Of a stretch of 64,000 nucleotides of DNA, positions 54,172 through 64,000 are shown one piece after another. The position numbers were made by a program, and so were the translations under genes. The DNA is from Octopus vulgaris. Taxonomy: Eukaryota. Within the stretch, counting starts at the first letter, position 1, and the number at the start of each line of letters is the position of its first letter. The notes beneath the pieces were generated by a model that was given only the letters and a program-made list of their open reading frames with translations, was not told the DNA's origin and searched no databases. Where the stretch lies: positions 67,146,001-67,210,000 of the forward strand of contig OX597819.1 of the NCBI GenBank assembly GCA_951406725.2, read 5' to 3'.

Positions 54172-54500
54172 CGTGCATGGCTCAATGGTTAGAGCGCCGA
54201 AATTACGGCCGTGAGGTTGTGAGTTCGAATCTCGGACCGGGCTGATCGTTGTGTTTGTGGTCAAGACATTTTATTTCACGTTGCTCCAGTTTACTCAGCT
54301 GTAGAAATGAGTTGCGACGTCACAGGTGCCAAGCTGTATCGGCCTTTGGCTTTCCCTTGGATAACATCATTGACGTGGAGAGGGAAGGCTGGTATGCACG
54401 GGCGACTGCTGGTCTTCCATAAACATCCTTGCCCGGAATTGTTGATTGGTGGATAACTTTCAGGGTTCAATCCCATGGTCATCCCTTACCGAAGGGGTTC
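54172..54500 (+). mobile_element. tRNA-derived SINE, family B
   Basis: gcaTGGCTCAATGGttagagcg...gaGTTCGAATCtc head. The body is homologous to the reverse of 1032-1371. Confidence 0.87.
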
Positions 54501-54548
54501 TCTGACATAGCCTAGAATTCAGCAAGTGGACAATATTGGCTGGCGGGA

Positions 54549-54945
54549 GGGATGGAAGCTGACAGAATCGTTAGTATGCCAGTCGAAATGCTTGGCGGTA
54601 TTTAGTCCGTCTTTACGTTCTGATTTCAAATTCCGCCGAGGTCGACTTTGCTTTTCGTCCTTTCGGGGTCGATTAAATAGATACCAGTTACGCACTGGGG
54701 TCTATATAATCAACTTTATCCGTTTCTCTGCCCTTGTTTGTCCCTTCTATGTTTAGCCCCTTGTGGGTAGTAAAGAAATAGGTATTTCGTCTGCCGTTAC
54801 GTTCTGTGTTCAAACTCTGTCGAGGTCGACTTTGCCATTCATCCTTTAGGGGTCGGTTAAATAAGTAGCAGTTACGCACTGGGGTCAATGTAATTGACTT
54901 AATCCCTTTGTCTGTCCTTGTTTTTCCTCTATCATTAGCCCCCTG
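54549..54945 (+). mobile_element. SINE family C dimer
   Basis: Head, body, then a second body starting at the junction taaagaaata|ggtatttcgtctg (54780/54781). Confidence 0.85.
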
Positions 54946-55011
54946 TATTTTTCTATTTTCCTGTGACTGATCCCAAAGTATCCTTTCAATTCCGAAATTT
55001 TGCAAACCGCG

Positions 55012-55207
55012 CATTTGTGGCTATGTGGTAAGAAGCTTACTTCCCAGACGCATGGTTCCGAGTTCAGTCCCCTTGCATGGCATCTTGGCCTAGAGTCTTT
55101 TGCTATAGCCTCGGACCGAACAAAACCTTGTTAGTGGATTCAGTAGAAGGAAAGTGAAAGAAGCCCGTTGTATATACACATATGTATATATATATATATA
55201 CACACAC

Positions 55208-55279
<72 letters not shown>

Positions 55280-55495
55280 ATTTCTGTGTGTGTGTCTGTG
55301 TTTGTCCACATACTATTGCTTGACAACCGATGTTGTTGTGTTTACGTCCCCGAAACTTAGCGGTTTGCCAAAAGATACCGATATAAATGTGTACTAGGCT
55401 TACAACCAATAAGTCATGGGGTCGATTTGTTCGACTAAAGGTCGTGATTCAGCATGGCTGCAGTCAAATGACTGAAACATGTAAAAGAATAAAAT
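55012..55495 (+). mobile_element. SINE family A, near full length
   Basis: gtggctatgtggtaag..gagttcagtcc head, internal TA/TG tract, tail cagcatggctgcagtcaaatgactgaaac. Confidence 0.88.
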
Positions 55496-55512
55496 AATAT
55501 ATATATGTGTGC

Positions 55513-55543
<31 letters not shown>

Positions 55544-55729
55544 CGCGCGTGCGCGTGTGTGAGTGTATGTGCGTGTGTTTGTGCGCGCGCGTGTGAATGT
55601 GTGTGCGCGTGCCCGCGTGTGTGCATAATACGACAAGGAGTATCTTTTCAGTCAACATCCAAATTCTTAACGCTCTAGTTAATAGTCATTGTCTTTCCAA
55701 ATTTTCCATCTCAGAAAAGAAATATAATT

Positions 55730-56025
55730 ATTTCTCTATTGCCCACAACATAGAGGGAACAAACAAGGACAAGTCGACCTCAGTGGAATTTGAACTCGGA
55801 ACGTAACAGTAGACGAAATACATATTTCTTTACTACCCAACAGGGGGCTAAACACAGAGGGGACGAATGAGGACAAATGGATTAAGTCGATTATATTTAT
55901 TTAATCGACACCGAAAGGATGAAAGGCAAAGTTGACCTTGGCGGAATTTGAACTCAGAACGTAGCGGCAGACGGAAATGCCGCTAAGCATTTTGCCCGGC
56001 GTGCTAACGTTTCTGCCAGCTCACT
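55730..56025 (-). mobile_element. SINE family C dimer with internal deletions
   Basis: Minus-strand head gagctggcagaaacgttagcacgccgggcaaaatgcttagcgg and junction taaagaaatatgtatttcgtct near 55822. Confidence 0.8.
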
Positions 56026-56553
56026 GCCCAGGAAAAGAAATATATTATGATATTGCCAACACTTGCTGTTTACGTTAACATCCCTACATAATTTAAACGC
56101 TGAAAGAAAGCAATGAAATGCATAACGGTAATGGTTTCCAGTAATATATGTAGTCATGTAATAATATTTATAGGCTCCTGATAAATAGGACATTGCACCG
56201 TAAACATTTATAGCATCCGAGAAATTCATTCACAGATTTTTGAAGAAGAGACATTTGCTATAGAAACATTATATAAGAAATCAGTTCTGGCTAATTCATT
56301 TATACTCCAAGTTCTTTATCAAAGACATCGTAAAATTTAATCAGTGTTGCATGCGTTTGCAATGAAATGGGGACTTCAAATAATCAACAACAGAAGCCAA
56401 ACAAATGTTTGATACACTTGAAGGAAACCAATGAAAAATAGTTCATTGAAATGTCTGTTAATGAAGAGAATTATTGTATATAGAAACTAACGAAAAAACA
56501 CAGTACAAGTATATACGCACACCTAAATGTAAGCATATATGTATCTGCGTATG

Positions 56554-56622
<69 letters not shown>

Positions 56623-57178
56623 TTATACATTTATACACATACATATATACACACAGACATATATATGCAAAGGTTAGTCAAAATATGTTTATTTTGTGGC
56701 ATATTTCATCTTCTAAGTGCAAATTCACTGTAGTTACCGTGCAGAAATATAAACTTCTCCTGAATTGTAAAAGATGTTGAAGCACTATCTGTCCAGTGCT
56801 GCCTGTGTCGGATTCACAGATGCGTTTCTAGCTCTTTAGATGTTATCAATGGGAAATACTGAAGAAGTTAACTCTGGACAGATTTAATTAAAGCCGTAGC
56901 TTTAACTAGGTATTTATATTCACTCTGGTCTAAATCTATACCATAGCTATACATATGAATCTAAATTAATACGAATATATCTTGTATTTTTCACGTGATT
57001 AGACTGCAACCACGCTGGAGAACAGCGTTGAAGAATCATAGTGGAAGAAACGATCCCTGTACCTATGTTCTTAATCCTGATCATTTTATTCTGTCGATTT
57101 TATAGCCAAACCGCTAGAGACGGGGAGTAAACACGTGTGTTACACGATGTATTTTAGAACCTAAATTGCATGGCTGGT

Positions 57179-57212
<34 letters not shown>

Positions 57213-57216
<4 letters not shown>

Positions 57217-57317
57217 AGACCGATAGAATAAGTACTGGGCTTACAAAGAATAAGTCCCGGGGTCGATTTGCTCGACTAAAGGCGGTGCTCCAGCATAGCC
57301 TGGGTCAAATGACTGAA
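57213..57317 (+). mobile_element. SINE A 3' fragment, inverted duplicate of the adjacent copy
   Basis: 105-bp exact reverse complement of 57375-57479. Confidence 0.92.
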
Positions 57318-57321
57318 GTAG

Positions 57322-57351
<30 letters not shown>

Positions 57352-57353
<2 letters not shown>

Positions 57354-57750
57354 CTCTTTTACTCTTTTACTTGTTTCAGTCATTTGACCCAGGCTATGCT
57401 GGAGCACCGCCTTTAGTCGAGCAAATCGACCCCGGGACTTATTCTTTGTAAGCCCAGTACTTATTCTATCGGTCTCTTTTGCCAAACCGCTAGTTAACGG
57501 GGACATAAACACACCAACATCGGTTTTCAAGCAACGCTAGGGGGTCAAACACAGACACACACATACTTATATATATATATAGATATGTACGACAGGCTTC
57601 TTTCAGTTTCCGTCTACCAAATCCACTCACAAGGCATTGGTCGGCCCAGGGCTATAGCAGAAGACACTTGCCCAAGATGCCACGCAGTGGGACTGAACCC
57701 GGAACCATGTAGTTGGTTAGCAAGCTACCTACCACACAGCCACTCCTGCG

Positions 57751-57755
<5 letters not shown>
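57352..57755 (-). mobile_element. SINE family A, full length
   Basis: Complete head-to-tail match with 21326-21738. Flanked by (TA)n. Confidence 0.93.
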
Positions 57756-57799
<44 letters not shown>

Positions 57800-57869
57800 C
57801 TTCATGAAACGCACAAATAAGCACGTTAAGTCTCAGGCATATATGTATTAACTGAATGAAAATTAAACA

Positions 57870-58206
57870 GAAACTGGCAATTGCAGGAGCACTCCGTCGG
57901 TTAGGACGACGAGGATCCCAGCTGATGCGATCTCGGAACAGCTTGCTCTTGATATTAACGTGCAAATGACTGAGCAATCCACAGACACGTGTACCCATAA
58001 CATACTTCTTAAGGAAATTCAGCGTGACACACAGTGTGACAAGGTCGGCCCTTTCAAATGCAGGAGCAACTAATTTTTGCCAGCTGAGGCGACTGGAGCA
58101 AAGTGAAAAAAAGTGTCTTGCTCAAGGACACAACGCGTCGCCGATAATTGAACTCACGACATTACAATCGTGAGCCGAATACCCTAACCACTAAGACACG
58201 CGCCTT
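57870..58206 (-). mobile_element. tRNA-derived SINE with family B-type head and a different 3' body
   Basis: Minus-strand head aggcgcgtgtcttagtggttagggtattc..gtgagttcaatt and gtgtccttgagcaagacactt...ctccagtcgcctcagctg. Confidence 0.7.
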
Positions 58207-58646
58207 TATATTGCCTAATGTACTTCATTAGCTAACACTTGCTTCTGCAATAAGTGGTTGTGCACTCACACTTGTGTCGTTGTCCATCATTTGATAGCTC
58301 CAAGGAAGCTATAAGAGATACACAAGCATCCACGTCTGTGTGCATTGCTTGTTGTAGCAAAAATAACTATTATACAATGAAGCAGAGGATCTAATTCTTG
58401 CTCACTCGACCTTCAATGATCCCTATTCTGCACTGTACCTACCAGATTCTTTAACTCAATCACATGGATAATGCGTTCTAAGAATAAGTTATTATAATCT
58501 ATGCGGCTAAGTGAAATTAATACACACACACACACATAAACACATGCAATCATACACACCCACATATATATGCACATATATATATATATATATATATATA
58601 TGTTATACATGCGCACATACATACACATGTATGTATATATGTGTAT

Positions 58647-60787
58647 TTTGATTGATTGATTGATTCTAGTTTCAGCTTATGAGCTGTGGCCATGCTGGGG
58701 CACCGCCATTTGGTGTTGCTACTTGGTTTCACTTCATGGAGGCTTTCTAGCGACTGCTATTTGGTGCATGAGAGAGTTCGATGCAGCTGCCCTCATCTGT
58801 CCCTCCTGCCGTGAAGTTGGTTCATCTGGGACACCTGACAGGAAGAGATCCAGCTTCATTTTAAAGACATCTGTATCCACCCCATGCAGGTCTCTCAGGT
58901 TCTTCGGGAGGATATTGAAGAGCTGTGGGCCTCGGAAGCCCAGGCTATCACAGAATCTTGTCCTACATCTTGATGGCAGGTTTGGAGTCCTAGGCACCAC
59001 GCAGTGGCGCCCAGTTCTGGCATTTGCGTAACTCTCGATGCCAAAGTTCAGGACACTTCCCTCCAGGATCTTCCAGATGTATATTATGGCATATCTTTCC
59101 CGCCTACGCTCCAGGGAATATAATTTTAATCTCTTGAGTCTTTCCCAGTAGCTTACATTCTGCATAGAGGCTATCTTCTTTGTGTAGCTTCGTTGGATCG
59201 CCTCAAGTTCTGTGATCAACTTGACACTGGATGGTGACCATAGCTGAGAGCAATAGTCAAAGTGGCTTAGGACAAGTGTCTTCCAGAGGACCATCATGGT
59301 TTCTTGTTCTCTTGTTCTAAAGGTTCTAAGAATCCATCCAGCCAGCCGTCTACATTTCATTGTCAGTTTAGCAACATGTACATGAAAGGTCGCGTCATCA
59401 CTCATGTGAATACCCAGGTCACGCACTGATTGTGCCTCTGGGATTGCAATCCCTCCGGGTCCAGTGTATTCATTGGGTATTGCATTCAGTTTTTCATGCT
59501 GATAGTATAAAGCTTGAAACTTTCCAGCATTGAACTGCATGCTATTCTTTTCAGCCCACTTGTATATTTCGTCCAGCTCACATTGCAGGTGTTTAGTGTC
59601 CTCAAGGTTCTGTATTTCCTGTGAAACTTTTGTATCATCTGCATAACTTGTGATCGTGGCTCTCTGCGTGGCTGAGAGCATGTCTGAGAGGGCCATTATG
59701 AACAGTAGTGGTCCCAGAACAGTGCCCTGCGGAACACCGCTCACTATTTGTGTGTTAATGGAGGTGGCCCCATTGGCTACTACCACCTGACTTCTATCCT
59801 TCAGAAAGTCATGAAGCCATTCTCCCAGTTTTCCAACTATGTTGAGATCACGCAGTTTGTGACATATCATTCCATGATCGACTTTATCAAAGGCCTTTGC
59901 AAAGTCGAGATATATCACTTCCACATTTGAGTGGTTGAGCAGCCGTTTCAGCACCCAGTCATAGTGTTGTAGGAGCTGAGTTAAACAGCTTCTCCCTGGT
60001 CGGAAACCATGTTGGGTGTCGGGCAGCAAGTCATTCTCTTCAAGGAAGGTGATCAGCTTCCTTCTGACTATTCGTTCCATGACCTTGCTGATGTGTGAGG
60101 TCAGAGAGATAGGTCTATAGTTCTTGGCTTACGCTCTGCTACCTCCTTTATGAATGGGGCATATTTTACCTTCCTTCAGTTTTCCTGGAAGTTTGCCAGC
60201 TGCAAGGAAGCTCTGAAAGAGGAACTGCAGTGGTCTTGCTAGGACTCTCTTACATGCTTTTAGGAGGATTGCCGGGAATCCATCGGGGCCAGTAGCTGAG
60301 TCTGTTTTCATTTCATCTATAGCCTTGGTTACATCGTCTTCCTTTATATCGATGTAATCTATCGTCGCCGCCTCTGATTTTATATCTGCAGTGGTAAAAA
60401 AGTCAGTTGGATTGGTGATTTGGAGATGCCCAAGGGGTGGAGTGAAAACACTCATGAATTGCTCATTCAGTATTTCACTTTCCCTCATTGGTTTTCCTGT
60501 AAGTGTGCCATCCTTTTCGAGGAGTGGCCCTATTCTACAGTGCACTGTAGCTGTTTCTTTGGCATACCTGTAGAAAGCTCTGGGGTTAGATTTTATGTTT
60601 TCTATAGCCCAGGCTTCTTTGTCTGCTCTTTCTTTTTCATGGGAGAGTTGCAGACATTTTTCGATTTCCAACAGTTTTATTTTTATGCGGGACTTTTCAC
60701 TGCTTTCAATCTGTTTGTTCAGGCGATTTGAAAATTTCGTACGCCGTCTCATTAAAATTTTCCTCTCTCTGGGGATTTTGTTCTTGT
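58647..60787 (-). mobile_element. CR1-group LINE, 5'-truncated, young
   Basis: ORF2 motifs SATGPDG, *AKNYRPISLTS, QHGFRPGRSC, YLDFAKAFDKV, GVPQGTVLGPLLF, YADDTK, YWERLK..LYSLERRRERY. Short 3' UTR and (AATC)n tail. Confidence 0.95.
58734..60785 (-). pseudogene. LINE ORF2 reverse transcriptase (endonuclease missing, one stop at 60129-60131)
   Basis: ORFs 60129..60752 and 58734..60080 are in frame, separated by a single TAA. Confidence 0.92.
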
Positions 60788-61557
60788 ATATATAATATAT
60801 TTATATTATATATATACACACATATATATACATATAAAATTATATATATATATATGTATATATATAACTGTGTGTATATATGATATATATGTTATATATA
60901 TATATATACTCAAACACACACACACACACACACTCACATACACACACACACACATATATGTTTTCAGCACTAGCATTATGTGTGTCAAGTGGATTATAAT
61001 TATAGCTTTATAATTCAGGGATTTATCTCCCCTGAAGTGATGCTAATGTCATCTTTGATATTTCATACTTCTTTTCGTACTTTCATCTTTTTCCGTTGTA
61101 TTTATTTTTTAATTTTTAATTTTTTTTATTTTTTGCTCTAATACTTTAGAAATAGTTTTAGCAGCGTAAGTTGACATGTATTTCTGCTAGATATTATTAA
61201 ATATACGTTTTGATAGAAAATGATAATTTTATTTTTCCTACATTTTTTTTTCTTTTACCCTTCTTAACAATAAATATTTTTAATAGGGAGAGGGAATTAT
61301 ATAAACAACATCTACAAAACGAGTTTTAAGGCGTGGTCATTGCGGTATTTTCTAGAAGAAGCTTCAGGCAATTTTAGACAATAGCATGAGTAGATAATGG
61401 TAATTATGAAACGCAGCGTTATCTTTGCTGTTGCTGCTGCTGTTGGTGGTGCTGTTTTTATTGTTATTGGTGTTGTTGTTTCTAATACTCATAATATTCA
61501 TGTTAATGAAATAAGAAAAACGAATGTCATCCTAGTGCATTTAGTTTTATATCACTA

Positions 61558-61958
<401 letters not shown>

Positions 61959-62591
61959 ATTTAAATAGGGAAACGGTGCTAATAGTAATAAATGTCTCAG
62001 CATATCAGATAATAAAGCTAAGAAAGACGAGCAGAAAGCCAAGAACATAAAAGACAAAAAAAAAGAAAAGTAAAAAAAATCTAAAAAAAAAAAAAGAAAA
62101 GAAAATCAAGCAAAACAAAATGACCAAAAGGGAAAAGAAAGACGAATGAGAAATATATGAAATCAGATATGATTTAGTCTTCGATACTTGACAAGGAGAA
62201 AATTTATATATGCGGAAGATATAGAAGGAAAAAGAGGGGCGAGAAATGAGAAGAAACGTTAAAAGAATTGCTGAAGGAGGAGGTAGTGATGGTGAGAATA
62301 AAAGATACGGCTTAAGACGTATGTAAAGAAACGAGAAACAACCACGTGAAGTAACAGCAAATGAGGAGATTTGGGAAACAAACAAATGACGATGGTGATG
62401 ATGATCAGAAGAACGCATATAATGGAGGCGTTGATGGAGATGGTAATGATGATAATGAAGTCTATGGTGACAATTATGAACGTAATGCAATTAAGTTTGT
62501 GTGTGCGTCTTTATATAAAATATACGTATGTATAATGATATATTTATATATATATATATTATATATATATAATTGTACATATATACATGTA

Positions 62592-63452
62592 GGAGATCTG
62601 ATTAATAAGTATAAGGACTGTTGTCATAGTAACGAAGCTAAAGCATGAAGAGTAAAGCTGCTTGGCACAGGTTGACCTTGAGTGATGCTGTGATGTGTAC
62701 TAAGTTTCAATGTTTAGCTCACTTCTGCTTTTTACAGCAATGCTTGGAAGGAAGGTGTGTAGTGTGTGATCGTCGAATTGACTATGATAGAGAAAGTTGT
62801 CATGGCGATACCTGCTCAGAAGCCTATGCAAAGTTGCAGAAAGTGTTTGGAGAAGAGTGTATGAGCCACACACAAGTGTACGAGTGGTTCACACGTTTCC
62901 AAAGTGGCCGAAGAAATGTCGATATTGACGAACGTTCTGGGAGACCCGCAACCTGCAGAACTGAGAAAAACTTCGCAGGTGCGCCTCCGTGAGTTGTCAG
63001 AGGATGTGCAGATTAGTTACGGTTTAGTTCAGTCCATTATCACCGAAGATTTAAGTATAAGACGTGTGTCTACCAATTTTCTGAGAAAACTGCTTTTTGC
63101 TGACCAAAAACACACTCGGGTTTCAGTTGCACAAGATGTCGTTGATTGTGTCGAGAAGGACGAAAAGTTTTGAAAACTTTGCGTAGACGTGTGAGCTGGT
63201 ATCGCCAAGGTTTTGGCAAAAGTTGATGCAGTTTTGTCTGCTCAGCTTCCTCTGCCATGTTCAATGCGATGATCACACGCTACACACGTTAATTCCAAGC
63301 ACTGCTGTAAGCAGCGGAAGTAAGCTACAACGTAAAAAATTTGGGCGCATGCACAGCTGAGTTCGAGATCAATATGTACCAAGTGGCTTCACTCTCCGTG
63401 CTTTATCTTCGTTACAATAGCAACAGTTCGTTTACTTCTGGACCAGACAACG
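62592..63452 (+). mobile_element. Mariner-derived non-autonomous element made of two inverted 5' ends
   Basis: Arms ~62592-62836 and ~63175-63452 are diverged reverse complements. The interior encodes AYAKLQKVFGEECMSHTQVYEWFTRFQSGR..DERSGRP and RELSEDVQISYGLVQSIITEDL..RRVS. Confidence 0.85.
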
Positions 63453-63469
63453 TGTATATATATACATAA

Positions 63470-63650
63470 ATTTCAGTTCTATATTTAAGAGATGAGGGAT
63501 TATGCATATTATTTACATTATTTACATTTGACAGATGTTTGTCCTCATCTTGTTTGTTGTTACCACATTTCGGCTGATATACCTTGCAGCATTCATCAGG
63601 TGTCTTGGGGCAATTTCGAACCTGTGTTCTCATTACTAAGGTATTTTTCG
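63470..63650 (-). mobile_element. Putative PLE pLTR module with decayed hammerhead (63561-63604)
   Basis: Minus strand: gacac CTGATGA at gctg caaggtatat cagc c GAAA tgtggta. Adjacent to (TTG)/(TTA)n. Confidence 0.5.
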
Positions 63651-63986
<336 letters not shown>

Positions 63987-64000
63987 ATCTAAAAATTAGG

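Noticed and set aside
53993-54214. 73-aa ORF with ordinary composition and a minus-strand CAG|GTAAGT
   Set aside because: Non-ATG start, runs into a SINE head, and no recognisable domain.
54172-54245. Possible tRNA gene (also 1295-1370 and the SINE A heads)
   Set aside because: A and B boxes are present, but the sequences run directly into SINE bodies and I could not see a clean acceptor stem. These are SINE heads.

Overview
This is AT-rich animal DNA, very dense in microsatellites, from an intergenic or intronic region. The repeat content suggests a coleoid cephalopod such as Octopus; that is an inference. I found no convincing host exon, and almost every listed ORF is a microsatellite or repeat artefact. 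The window is a mosaic of mobile elements: two Penelope-like elements (PLEs, RT plus GIY-YIG) and several solitary PLE terminal-repeat modules inside (TA)n arrays; a young 5'-truncated CR1-group LINE; R4/Dong-like fragments; a full-length but broken mariner and two mariner relics; a Merlin-like non-autonomous element with an 8-bp TSD; and at least three tRNA-derived SINE families. The most notable signals are: (1) a set of type I hammerhead ribozyme motifs in the PLE terminal modules, made up of three with canonical cores and palindromic stem III, one decayed, and a recurrent CUGUNGA-core variant; (2) a LINE/SINE shared 3' tail with compensatory stem changes; (3) head-to-tail SINE multimers with a recurring junction; and (4) an unusual density of fold-back inverted duplications. 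All structures were read by eye. None were computed or searched against databases.
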